Made by a program: the position numbers and the translations under genes | Notes under the pieces: generated by a model | What the model was told of the DNA's origin: nothing | The model's database searches: none | Seen by the model: only the letters and a program-made list of their open reading frames with translations | NCBI GenBank assembly: GCA_963764625.1 | Contig: CAVXTH010000009.1 | Location: forward strand, 736,001 to 800,000 | Origin: Candidatus Krumholzibacteriota bacterium | Lineage (GTDB): Bacteria > Krumholzibacteriota > Krumholzibacteriia > JAJRXK01 | Length of the DNA: 64,000 nt | Direction: 5' to 3' | Shown here: piece after piece, positions 20,434 through 30,255 of the stretch | Layout of the letters: every line of letters begins with the position of its first letter | How positions within the stretch are numbered: the first letter of the stretch is position 1

Positions 20434-23400
20434 ATGATCGTGAAACAGCTGTTCCTCGCCGCCGTCCTGGTGGCTCTCACCTCACTCCAGGCGGCCGCCG
20501 ACGAAGGCCACCTCATGCGTCAGGCGAACATCCACGGCGATTGGATCGTCTTCACCTACGAAGACGACCTCTGGCTCGTCCCTCAAGATGGCGGGTTGGC
20601 TCACCGAATCACCAGCGACCCGGGGGTGGAAACGGACGCGCGTTTCAGTCCCGATGGAAAGACCCTCGCGTTCACTGCGAGCTACGATGGTGATACCGAC
20701 GTTTACCTCATGGACGCCCAAGGGGGAGTGCCCCGACGCCTGACCTTCGCGCCGGGCTTCGATCGGGTTCTCCAGTGGTATCCGGACGGCAAGAAGATCC
20801 TGTTTCGTTCGCGGCGCGTGTATCCCATCCGCGCGGAAGAGCTGTATTCCATCGACGTCGCCGGCGGCATGCCCCAGCGTCTGCCGATCGATCGTGGGGG
20901 CCTGGCGGGACTCAACCAGGATGCCACCAAACTGGCGTACAACCGGATCAGCCGCGAGAACGCCACTTGGAAGCGCTACAAAGGTGGAGAGGCGCAAGAA
21001 ATCTGGTTGGCCGACTTCAAGACGGGAAAGATCTCGACCCTCACGGATTGGCAAGGGACCGACAACTATCCCATGTGGTACGGCGGAAAGGTCTACTTCA
21101 CCTCCGATCGCTTCGGAGGGACGCTCAATCTCTTCTCCAAGGATCCCGATACCGGCACGGTGGAGCTGCTGACTTCTTTCGTCGACTATGACGTGAAGTA
21201 TCCCTCCATGGGCGATGGCCGTATCGTCTTCCAGTACCAAGAGAGCCTGCATGTGCTCGATCTCAGCACCCAGAAGGTGCGCAAGGTGAGCGTGGAGATT
21301 CCCAGTGATCGTGTGAGCATGCGGCCCGAGTGGGTGGAAATCGCGCCTCGGACCGGTTCCTTCGGTCTCTCACCCGACGGCGAAAAACTCCTGCTCGAGG
21401 ATCGTGGCGACATCGCGGTCTTCGGGGTGGAGAAATCGGATGAGGTTCCCTTCGTGGCCTCACCGGGCTCGGCGAGCCGGGAAAAGGACGCCAGCTGGTC
21501 GCCCGACGGTAAGCAAATCGCCTGGGTGAGTGACGCGACCGGCGAGGAGGAGATCTGGCTCGCCGACGCGCAGGGGAAGGGCAAGCCCCGCCAACTCACG
21601 CACCGTGGCAAAGGCTTCATGCTTCCGCCCAAGTGGTCACCGGACAGCCGCCATCTGCTGTACAGCGACAAGTTCCTCGACCTGGTGCTGGTGGATGCCA
21701 AGTCGGGAAACTCGGTTCTTGTCGATCACTCCGGGTACGATGATGCGTGGGAGCGATGGGGGATCCAGGACTACGTCTTCTCTCCCGGGGGACATTGGAT
21801 CGCCTATACGAAGCAACAGTCCAACATGAACGAGTCGATCTTCCTGTACAACATCGACTCCAAGAAGATCACCCAGCTGACCGACAGAATGACGACAGCA
21901 TGGAGCCCGTCCTTCGATCCCGGCGGAGACTATCTGTATTTTCTCTCCAACCGCTCGTTCGAGCCGGTGATGGGTTTCCAGGATCAAAATCACATCTTCC
22001 TCGACATGACCCGGCCGTATCTGGTCTTGCTCCGCAACGACCAGGTATCTCCCTATCGCGACCGCGCCGAGGACGAAGAGGGCGGGGAGATGGACGAGTC
22101 GAAAGGGGAGAAGGACTCGAAGAAGGGGAAGTCGGATGTCGGGCAGAAGGCAACCCGGATCGACCTCGACGGTATCCAGCATCGAGTGCTGGCGGCCAAG
22201 GGGGTCGATCGAGGCAATTACTTCCACCTCACCGCCACCAAGAATGGCTTCATCTATCTGAAGAAAACGGAGCTCGAGTTCCTGAAGTACCAGCACATCG
22301 ACGACCGCACCACCGATCGCGTCGATCTGTACGGCTACGACCTGAAGGACGCCGAGTCCAAAGAGCTGATGTCCGGCATCCAGAATTACCACCTCTCCGC
22401 CGACACCAAGAAGATGGTGTACCGCTCGGGTAAGAAGTACGGCGTCGTCGACGCGGGCAAACCGGCCAAGTCAGGCGACGGGGTGGTCGATCTCTCGGCT
22501 TTGAGCCTCAAGGTCGTACGAGCCAAGGAGTACCAGCAGATCTTCGACGAGGCCTGGCGTATCGAACGCGATTGGTTCTACGACCCCGGCATGCACGGAG
22601 TCGACTGGCCCAAGATGAGGGAGAAGTACGGTCAATTCGTGCCGTACTGTGGAACTCGCGGAGATCTGAACTACTTGATCGGTGAGATGATCGCCGAGTT
22701 GAACATCGGTCATACCTACGTGTACGGAGGAGACCGGGGCGGTCGGGGAGACCGTGTCGGGGTGGGAATGCTGGGCTGCGATTTCGACTCTCCGAGCGGC
22801 GCGAAGCATCCCCGAATCTCCCACATAATCCCGGGCGTCACTTGGGACGAAGAGCAACGCTCGCCGCTCAACGAGCCGGGCTGTCCCATCCGGGAAGGCG
22901 ACTATCTGGTCTCCATCGACGGCCAGCCGGTGGGCGCTTTAGACAACGTCTACTCCTATCTGGTGGATCGAGCCCAGAAATGGGTCGTCCTGAGCTACAG
23001 CCATGACGCCGACGGAAGCGATTCGAAGGAGTGGCGGGTAAAGACGCTCGGCAGCGAGTGGGCGATCCGCTACCGCGAATGGGTGGAGAACAACCGCGCG
23101 AAAGTGGATGAGTGGTCCCATGGAACCATTGGTTACGTACACATCCCCGACATGATGACCAGCGGTCTTATCGAATTCGCGCGCTACTGGTATCCCCAGT
23201 ACGACAAGAAAGCATTCATCATCGACGATCGTTACAACTCCGGTGGCTTCGTCGGCGACATGATCATCGATCGGCTCGAGCGTAAGCTGTGGGCGATCAC
23301 CGCGCCGAGGGAGGGTGGTGTCTCGAGGAATCCCGAGAGAGCGTTCTACGGCCCGATGGTCGTACTCATCAACGAAGACACCGGAAGCAACGGCGAGTTC

Positions 23401-23745
23401 TTCTCCCGCTGCATCCAGATCGACAAGCTCGCGCCGGTGCTCGGGATGCGAACCTGGGGAGGCGCGATCGGAATCGAGCCCCACCAGGATGTGGTGGATG
23501 GCGGCACCGTCACCCCGCCGCAGTTCGGTCTCTACGGCCTTTCCGGTGAGTGGCTGATCGAGGGCATCGGAGTAGTGCCCGACATCGAGGTGCAGAACAT
23601 GCCTCAGGACGTGGTCGCGGGGAAGGACACCCAGCTTCGCGAGGCGGTCGATCTGCTCACCAAGCAACTGAAGGACAAGCCGGGAGAGTGGGCAATTCCG
23701 AAAGAGCCCGCGTTCCCCGACAAGTCCAAACCAAGCGGCGAGTGA
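20434..23745 (+). CDS. Tricorn protease homolog (S41, PD40 propellers, PDZ)
   Basis: Signal peptide; FSPDGK/WSPDG repeats; FYDPGMHGVDW, GHTY, IIDDRYNSGG, GSNGE (catalytic Ser), RTWGG, GVVPDI. Confidence 0.95.
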   Translation: MIVKQLFLAAVLVALTSLQAAADEGHLMRQANIHGDWIVFTYEDDLWLVPQDGGLAHRITSDPGVETDARFSPDGKTLAFTASYDGDTDVYLMDAQGGVPRRLTFAPGFDRVLQWYPDGKKILFRSRRVYPIRAEELYSIDVAGGMPQRLPIDRGGLAGLNQDATKLAYNRISRENATWKRYKGGEAQEIWLADFKTGKISTLTDWQGTDNYPMWYGGKVYFTSDRFGGTLNLFSKDPDTGTVELLTSFVDYDVKYPSMGDGRIVFQYQESLHVLDLSTQKVRKVSVEIPSDRVSMRPEWVEIAPRTGSFGLSPDGEKLLLEDRGDIAVFGVEKSDEVPFVASPGSASREKDASWSPDGKQIAWVSDATGEEEIWLADAQGKGKPRQLTHRGKGFMLPPKWSPDSRHLLYSDKFLDLVLVDAKSGNSVLVDHSGYDDAWERWGIQDYVFSPGGHWIAYTKQQSNMNESIFLYNIDSKKITQLTDRMTTAWSPSFDPGGDYLYFLSNRSFEPVMGFQDQNHIFLDMTRPYLVLLRNDQVSPYRDRAEDEEGGEMDESKGEKDSKKGKSDVGQKATRIDLDGIQHRVLAAKGVDRGNYFHLTATKNGFIYLKKTELEFLKYQHIDDRTTDRVDLYGYDLKDAESKELMSGIQNYHLSADTKKMVYRSGKKYGVVDAGKPAKSGDGVVDLSALSLKVVRAKEYQQIFDEAWRIERDWFYDPGMHGVDWPKMREKYGQFVPYCGTRGDLNYLIGEMIAELNIGHTYVYGGDRGGRGDRVGVGMLGCDFDSPSGAKHPRISHIIPGVTWDEEQRSPLNEPGCPIREGDYLVSIDGQPVGALDNVYSYLVDRAQKWVVLSYSHDADGSDSKEWRVKTLGSEWAIRYREWVENNRAKVDEWSHGTIGYVHIPDMMTSGLIEFARYWYPQYDKKAFIIDDRYNSGGFVGDMIIDRLERKLWAITAPREGGVSRNPERAFYGPMVVLINEDTGSNGEFFSRCIQIDKLAPVLGMRTWGGAIGIEPHQDVVDGGTVTPPQFGLYGLSGEWLIEGIGVVPDIEVQNMPQDVVAGKDTQLREAVDLLTKQLKDKPGEWAIPKEPAFPDKSKPSGE

Positions 23746-23766
23746 GATCGTTTGCGTCCCGCAAAA

Positions 23767-25644
23767 CTAGCGGGCGGAGGCTTCCAGAAGGATCACCAGA
23801 ATCCCGATGATGGCCCCGCCCGCGATCGCTCCGGCGCAGAGAGTCTCCTGATTCTCGATCCAAATCCGATGACTCCTGCCTTCCTTCCGGTTGCGCAGGA
23901 TCCGGCTGAGAACCCAGAACAAGATGGCGCCCAATCCCATGCTCAGACTGGTGTGGAAGGTGATCACGAAGGCGAGTCCGAATCCAACGGCGGAGATGGG
24001 AAAGCGGTTGTGGGTGATCTTTCGCACGATCTCGAAGACGATTCCGAGCAGGCCCCCCACGAGGACCGCGACGCGGGCGCTGGGGTGCAGGAACGACAGG
24101 CCTTTGGTGAGAACCTCGGCCACCGCGCGCCAGGCCTGCGCTCCGGGCATCGGCAGTTTGTCGGTGAGGAGATTGGCGGGATCGTGGCCGATCATGGCAT
24201 AGAACACCGGAATCGCCACCGCGGCTCCCGCGAAGATGCCCAAGACGTGGCCCATGGCCTGGTGCCTGGGTTTGCCGCCCAACAGGTAACCCGGCTTGAT
24301 GTCCATCAGCAGATTGCTGGTGTTGCTCGCCACCTCCGCAGTGATGGCAGCGGTCATCACGTTGGTGGTGATGTTCCCCCGACTCAGAACGCTGAAGGTC
24401 GTTTGCGTGAGGTAGCCGAGAGCACTGGTGGGAGTGATCGAGGTAATCCCGGCCGAGGTCGCGGCGATCGTCACGAAAATGAACACCAGAGGGATGGCGA
24501 GGATGCCGAGCCAGATCGAAACCCCGAAGTAGTGCCACGCGAGCCACACCGCGACCGCCCCGATCAAAGGGATGCCCAAAATGGAGAACCTCAAGGGCAA
24601 CTCGATGTCCTTCAGGGGATCGCTCGCGTCGCTGGACTGTCGGCGGAACGCCTTTTGGAACGCCTGGACAATGACTTCGGGGCGACTGAAGAACGAGAAG
24701 AGGCTGGCGGTGGTCATCATGGCGACGCCGCCCCACATGCCCCACTTGAGGATACCCCGGAATCCGGTTTCCAGAATGATGCCCTTCTGAATGGCCCAGG
24801 GAGCGAGAATGCAGTAATTGACGATCGCGCCCAGCAGAAGCGAGAGCCCGGCCCGGATCCCCATGAGGCCTCCGGTGGCCACCATGACGATCGAGGAGTC
24901 GAGCTGAATCGTGAGCTCGTTGAGCGGGGTTCCCGCCAGTCTGGGCGTGGCGAAGCGATAGATGAGCGAGTCCCAGTACTCGGGTAGTTTCAGCCCGGAA
25001 AGGCGAACCAACTCCATCACGCGGGAGCTTCGCATCAACTCGATCAGGGCCGAGAGAAGCGCGGCCAGGGAGAGCAGCTTGGCCTTGAAGAGTCCTTCGC
25101 TTTCGTCTTCACTGTGAAGGGCATCGAGAACGATTCCGCACGCTCTTCCCTCGGGGAAGGGAAGCTGCTCGTCGTTGATGAACCGACGTTTCAACGGGAA
25201 CGCGAAGAGCACGCCCAAGAGGGAGAGGGTGATCATCCAGGTGATCGTCACTCCCAGGGGAATCAACTTGCCCGTGATCACCATGTAGGCGGCCAGGCTC
25301 GAGACCAGCGGGGCCGTCATGTAGCCCGCCGCCGTCGCAATGCTCTGCATCGCGTTGTTCTCCAGAATCGTCATTTCGTGGCCCAGACCCACCTTCGAGA
25401 GGATCTTGAAGGCAGCGAACGAGACGATGACCGAAGTAATTCCCACTCCCAGCGTCCATCCGGTCTGGATTCCGATGTAGAGGTTGGTCAGGCTGAGGAC
25501 GCTGCCCAGAATCATCCCGGTCAAGGCCGAGCGCAGCGTCAGCTGAGGCATGTCCCCTTTGTAGACGGTTTGCAGCCACCATTGGTCCTTTTCGGCAGTG
25601 CTCATCTGGCGGATCTGTTGTTCGCTCAGTTGTTGGATTGCCAA
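23767..25644 (-). CDS. OPT-family oligopeptide transporter
   Basis: QLTLRS, NLYIG..TGW, ENNAMQSIATA, LPFPEG, DIKPGYLLG. Confidence 0.92.
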   Translation of the reverse strand: MAIQQLSEQQIRQMSTAEKDQWWLQTVYKGDMPQLTLRSALTGMILGSVLSLTNLYIGIQTGWTLGVGITSVIVSFAAFKILSKVGLGHEMTILENNAMQSIATAAGYMTAPLVSSLAAYMVITGKLIPLGVTITWMITLSLLGVLFAFPLKRRFINDEQLPFPEGRACGIVLDALHSEDESEGLFKAKLLSLAALLSALIELMRSSRVMELVRLSGLKLPEYWDSLIYRFATPRLAGTPLNELTIQLDSSIVMVATGGLMGIRAGLSLLLGAIVNYCILAPWAIQKGIILETGFRGILKWGMWGGVAMMTTASLFSFFSRPEVIVQAFQKAFRRQSSDASDPLKDIELPLRFSILGIPLIGAVAVWLAWHYFGVSIWLGILAIPLVFIFVTIAATSAGITSITPTSALGYLTQTTFSVLSRGNITTNVMTAAITAEVASNTSNLLMDIKPGYLLGGKPRHQAMGHVLGIFAGAAVAIPVFYAMIGHDPANLLTDKLPMPGAQAWRAVAEVLTKGLSFLHPSARVAVLVGGLLGIVFEIVRKITHNRFPISAVGFGLAFVITFHTSLSMGLGAILFWVLSRILRNRKEGRSHRIWIENQETLCAGAIAGGAIIGILVILLEASAR

Positions 25645-25812
25645 GTCACTGATCCTCCGTACTCGAGCGGGAAAGCGTCTCCGGTGGAAAAGGAGAGACG
25701 CGGCGACGAAAGCTAGCTTGAATGCGGCGAGAAGAGAAGAAAGGACCTCTGGGAGCGATCCGCTGAGCTGGATCTAGCCTTGCCGGGTAGCCCCCGCGCT
25801 CGACTAGGGTAT

Positions 25813-25828
25813 CGGCGCAGACCTTGCT
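25813..25828 (+). promoter_or_regulatory. Putative sigma54 (-24/-12) promoter
   Basis: CGGCGCAGACCTTGCT has GG-N10-GC with TTGCT; about 55 bp upstream of the GT4 operon. Confidence 0.55.
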
Positions 25829-25881
25829 GGAAGGAACCCTCGTAGGAGGATCCCTCCCTTCATTTCCCCGGAGGTGTGTAA

Positions 25882-27006
25882 GTGAGGGTTTGCCATGTTT
25901 TGCACACGATGGGGGTGGGGGGTGCCGAGATGCTCGTCGCGCGTATGATCGCGCGAGCCCCCGAAGGGGTAAAATATTCGGTCGCCCTCCTGGACCAGAT
26001 CGGCCCACTCGGTGAGCGCGTTGCCGAGAGCGAGATCGAGGTCCACTGCGTGCGCCGTCGACCGGGAGTGGACCTGGCCATCATCGGACGGCTGAAGAGC
26101 ATCTACCAGCAGCTGAAGCCCGACCTTTTGCACTGCCATCAATACACACCCTGGTTCTACGGCGGATGGGCCGCCGCCCGGGCCGGTCTCCCGGTGGTCT
26201 TCACCGAGCATGGTCGTCATCAACCTGACCATCGCCGCCTGCGCCGCGTCCTCTTCAATCGTTACCTTCTGCGCAACACCAAGGCGATTACCGCGGTCAG
26301 CGAGAGCATTCGCGAGGCTCTGTTGCGCAACGAAATGTTGCCTCCCAAGCGAGTCGAGGTCGTGTACAACGGGGTGGACCACCAGAGTCTTCAGCGCGAT
26401 GATCTGGTTCGCGACCGGGTGAGGAGCGAGCTAGGGATCGGTCCGCAGACCCTGGTCATCGGTCACGCGGGCCGCTTGATGCCGGTGAAGAATCAGGCCC
26501 TGCTTCTGCGCTCCTTGGCTGCGGTCGCACGGCAAAGGCCCGATCTGGATTGGGTGGCGGTGCTGGTGGGAGGAGGGCCCTTGGAGAGCGATCTACGCGC
26601 TCTGAGCGCGGACTTGAAGCTGCAGGATCGGGTGCAGTTCCTGGGGCAGCGATCAGATGTGGCCGACTTGCTTTGCGCCTTCGATGTCTTCGCGCTTTCC
26701 TCTTTCAGTGAGGGAACCTCGGTGACCCTGTTGGAAGCGATGGCGTGCAGTCTCCCCGTCGTGACGACCGCGGTTGGAGGGAATCCGGAGTTGGTGCAGG
26801 ATGGCGTCCATGGTTACCTGGTGCCCAGCGACGACAGCGAGGCGTTCGCGCAGGCGGTCTTGCGCCTGACCGACCCCGACCTCCGCGCGCGCATGGGCGC
26901 GGCATCCAGGTTGGAAGTGGAGATGCGTTTCACGCAACAGGGCATGATCGCCGGCTATCTCGCCATCTACCGCCGGGTACTGAATGGGGATCGGGTGCGC
27001 CAATGA
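25882..27006 (+). CDS. Glycosyltransferase family 4 (TIGR03088-like, PEP-CTERM-associated)
   Basis: GGAE, FTEHGR, GRL.PVKNQ, EGTSVTLLEAMA, VGGNPE. Confidence 0.92.
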   Translation: MRVCHVLHTMGVGGAEMLVARMIARAPEGVKYSVALLDQIGPLGERVAESEIEVHCVRRRPGVDLAIIGRLKSIYQQLKPDLLHCHQYTPWFYGGWAAARAGLPVVFTEHGRHQPDHRRLRRVLFNRYLLRNTKAITAVSESIREALLRNEMLPPKRVEVVYNGVDHQSLQRDDLVRDRVRSELGIGPQTLVIGHAGRLMPVKNQALLLRSLAAVARQRPDLDWVAVLVGGGPLESDLRALSADLKLQDRVQFLGQRSDVADLLCAFDVFALSSFSEGTSVTLLEAMACSLPVVTTAVGGNPELVQDGVHGYLVPSDDSEAFAQAVLRLTDPDLRARMGAASRLEVEMRFTQQGMIAGYLAIYRRVLNGDRVRQ

Positions 27007-28040
27007 GCTTACGGGTAGGGCCCTTCCCGGAGGACTCCGGGAGTTGGGATCAACTCGTCGCGCGGAGAGGCTGCCTCTACCAGAGTTGGGATTTCTCCGA
27101 GTGTCTCCGTGAGGGGCTCGGGCACCGAATCCTTCGTCTCGCGGCGGCGGACGAATCCGGCCCTCGCGCGGCTCTTTCCCTCGCGATCATCAAGAGTCCC
27201 CTCTTTGGTCGCTTCGCGGTGAGCTTGCCGGTGAGCGACCATTCCGGTCTCTGCTACGAAGACGAAGAGGCGGCTGCCGCCTTGCTCGAGTTCCTGCCCA
27301 CGATTCTGCGCCAGGAGGGAATCGGCTCGATCGAGCTACGCCAGCTGAAGAACCGCCCGCCGCTGTCCGCTCTTCCGCGCTCCGAGCACAAACTGACCCT
27401 CGAGCTTCCCCTGCCGGATGATGCGGCAAAGCTGTGGGACGAGCTCAAGGCCAAGGTCAGGAACCTGGTGCGAAAGGGTGAGAAAGTCGAGATGGAGTAT
27501 CGCCGTGGGAGCGAGGACCTGCTCGACGTGTTCTACGCAATCTACGCGCATAATCTACGCGACCTCGGCACGCCGTGTTATCCCAAGAAGTTCTTCGCCG
27601 CTTTGCTGCGACGATTTCCCGAAACGGCCGCGATCCACGTGGCCTCTCTTGCGCCTTCGCATCTTCCCATCGCGGTGGGGTTCACCCTGCAGGATGACCA
27701 GCGGCAGCAGATTCCTTTCGCGGCCAGCCTCAGCGAACACCGACGACACGCTCCCAACATGTTTCTCTACTGGAGAATCCTCGAAGACGCGATCAAGCGC
27801 GGGTGCACCGTGTTCGATTTCGGGCGCAGCACGCGCGATTCGGGAACCCACCGCTTCAAGAAGCAGTGGGGCGCGCGGGAGATTCCTCTGCCCTGGTCCT
27901 ACCAGCTTGCGCCGGGACGAGAGATCCCGCAGACGCGCGTGGGCAGCCCACGGTACCACCTGGCCATGGAAACCTGGAAACGATTCCCGGTGGGCTTTTC
28001 CGTCTGGATGAGTGAGCATATCGTACGCTTTTTACCCTGA
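27003..28040 (+). CDS. FemAB-related GNAT protein (TIGR03019-like, PEP-CTERM-associated)
   Basis: SPLFGRFAVSLP, KVRNLVRK, RDLGTP, PNMFLYW, FDFGRS...GTHRFKKQWG. Confidence 0.9.
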   Translation: MSLRVGPFPEDSGSWDQLVARRGCLYQSWDFSECLREGLGHRILRLAAADESGPRAALSLAIIKSPLFGRFAVSLPVSDHSGLCYEDEEAAAALLEFLPTILRQEGIGSIELRQLKNRPPLSALPRSEHKLTLELPLPDDAAKLWDELKAKVRNLVRKGEKVEMEYRRGSEDLLDVFYAIYAHNLRDLGTPCYPKKFFAALLRRFPETAAIHVASLAPSHLPIAVGFTLQDDQRQQIPFAASLSEHRRHAPNMFLYWRILEDAIKRGCTVFDFGRSTRDSGTHRFKKQWGAREIPLPWSYQLAPGREIPQTRVGSPRYHLAMETWKRFPVGFSVWMSEHIVRFLP

Positions 28041-28053
28041 GGAGTTTTGTGGC

Positions 28054-29263
28054 GTGCGCATCCTAGCTCTCACCCAGCGAGTTCCACATGTGCCCGATCG
28101 GGGCGATCGCATTCGTAGCTACCATCTGCTCAAACGTCTGGCCGAAAGTCACGAGATCTGGCTGGGCTGCCTCAGCGACGAAGAGGTGAGTGCCGAAGCT
28201 CGGCGCTCTCTCGATTCCTTTTGCGAGCGCCATGCGATAGCGCAAATGGGCAGAGTCCGTCGCTTGCTCCAGAGTGGCTCTGCTCTCCTGGCCGGGCGGG
28301 CGTTGAGCCTGGCGTGGTATCACCATCCGGAGCTGGCGCGTACTCTCGCGGCGTGGCGAAAGGAAACGAGCTTTGACGCGGCCTACGTCTTCTGCTCCTC
28401 GATGGCGCCCTACTGGCTGGAGCTGGCCAACAAACGGCCCTTGCCGGGGGTGGTGGATTTCATCGACGTGGACAGTCTCAAGTGGGCGCAGTACGCCGCG
28501 GCCAGCTCTGGTATGAAGGCCTGGGTCTATCGACGGGAGCACCGGCTCCTTCGAGAATGGGAGCAGACGGTGGCGAGGCGAGCGCACGTGAACCTCCTGG
28601 TCAATCCGGCCGAGGTCGAGGCGTTTCGCAAAATCGTGCCCGAAGCCAGGACCGAAGCGCTGAGCAATGGAGTCGACCGAGAGTACTTCGCGCGCCCGCA
28701 GGGCCGGTTGCCGAAGGATCCACCAGCGCGTGGTGTTCGTGGGAATGATGGACTACCGAGCGAACGTGGATGCGGTTCTCTGGTTCGTTTCAATGGTGTG
28801 GCCGAGGGTTCTGCGTGAGGAACCCACGGTCCGATTCTCCATCGTGGGAGCTGGACCGACGACCGAAGTCAGGGAACTTTCCGGCGCCAACGGAGTGACG
28901 GTGACGGGAAGAGTGGAGGACGTGCGGCCGTATCTGTGGGATGCGAGGGTGGCGGTCGCGCCGTTGCGCATCGCACAGGGCACCCAGAACAAGGTGCTGG
29001 AGGCCATGGCCGCCTCGGTGCCGGTGGTGGCGACTTCGCTGGCCACGCGCGGAATCGGATCTCCCTTTGGCCCCCACGTTCGCCTGGAGGATAAAGCCGA
29101 GAGTTTCGCCGCGGCCGTGGTGGCGCTCATGCGGAATCCTTCCGCCGCGGCCGCGCAAACCGAAGCCGCCCTCGCGATGATCGCAGAACATCATTCGTGG
29201 GAGAGTTCGGCTAAGGATCTCGCACGGCTTCTCACAGAAGCGTCGGAGAGTTCAGAACGATGA
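28054..29263 (+). CDS. Glycosyltransferase (TIGR03087-like, PEP-CTERM-associated); frameshift near 28720
   Basis: RVPHVPDRGDRIRS and DFIDVDSLKW.QYA in frame 1; VFVGMMDYRANVD and GTQNKVLEAMA in frame 2. Confidence 0.88.
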
Positions 29264-30159
29264 GTCCACTCGCCCCCGCCTCGATGCCCTCCATCCTCAC
29301 CATCGACGTCGAGGAATGGTTCCACGCGCACAACTACGCCGCCAAGGTGGAGTCCTCCAGCTGGGAGGGACGCGAACGCCGGGCCGAAGAGGGCGTCGCC
29401 CGCCTCCTGGATCTCTGCGATGAGCTCTCGATTCGGGCGACTTGGTTCGTCCTGGGCTGGCTCGCCGAGAGAGAGCCCAAATTGGTGCGGCGTATCGCCG
29501 AGCGTGGCCATGAAATCGGCTGCCACTCCTACGCCCATCCCATCGTGTTCGAGATGACCCCCGAGCAGTTCCGCCAGGATACGCGCCGCGGCCGGGATGC
29601 CCTGCGCGACGCCCTGGGCCAGGAGGTGACGCTGTACCGCGCGCCGAGCTTCACGATCGTTCCCCGTGTCTACTGGGCGCTGGAGATCCTGGCCGAGGAG
29701 GGGTTCCGTATCGACTCCTCGCTGTTTCCCGTGAGCCATCCGCGCTACGGAAATCCCCAGGGACCGCGTGAGCCCCTTCTGCTGCACCACGGAGCTGAGG
29801 GTCTGCTCGTTTTGCCCATGACTACTCTGCGGCTTCCCGGCCGCAACTTCCCCTTCAGCGGCGGCGGTTATTTCCGTCTCTTTCCTCTGGGCCTGGTCCG
29901 GTCGGCGGCAGCCTGGGTGCGCCGGGTGCAGAAGGAAGCCGTGGTGTTCTATTTCCATCCCTGGGAGCTGGACGCCTTCCTGCCTGAAGTGGATCTGGGA
30001 TATTGGCAGAACCTCCGCAGCCAGGGTGGCAAGAAGGATCTCCACGCGAAGCTGGCGCGTGCCCTCAGAGGGCGCGAAATGATGACGCTCGGCGAGTGGG
30101 CCGACCAGGTGCGGGATTCCGCGGTGCGCGTCTCCTCGGTGGCTGAACTTCCGCGCTGA
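29260..30159 (+). CDS. Polysaccharide deacetylase with DUF3473 (TIGR03006-like)
   Basis: TIDVEEWF, ATWFVLG, GHEIGCHSYAH, YRAPSF, GGGYFRL, YFHPWE. Confidence 0.92.
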   Translation: MSPLAPASMPSILTIDVEEWFHAHNYAAKVESSSWEGRERRAEEGVARLLDLCDELSIRATWFVLGWLAEREPKLVRRIAERGHEIGCHSYAHPIVFEMTPEQFRQDTRRGRDALRDALGQEVTLYRAPSFTIVPRVYWALEILAEEGFRIDSSLFPVSHPRYGNPQGPREPLLLHHGAEGLLVLPMTTLRLPGRNFPFSGGGYFRLFPLGLVRSAAAWVRRVQKEAVVFYFHPWELDAFLPEVDLGYWQNLRSQGGKKDLHAKLARALRGREMMTLGEWADQVRDSAVRVSSVAELPR

Positions 30160-30175
30160 GCCGGGAAGCCCGAGT

Positions 30176-30204
30176 TTGAACTGCTGGCGTTCGCGCGCTA
30201 TACT
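30176..30204 (+). promoter_or_regulatory. Putative sigma70 promoter
   Basis: TTGAAC-N17-TATACT upstream of the ATG at 30256. Confidence 0.6.
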
Positions 30205-30255
30205 TGACTCTTATCCCAGCTGCCGCAACCTGAGTTCCAGCACGAGGCTCCCTTC

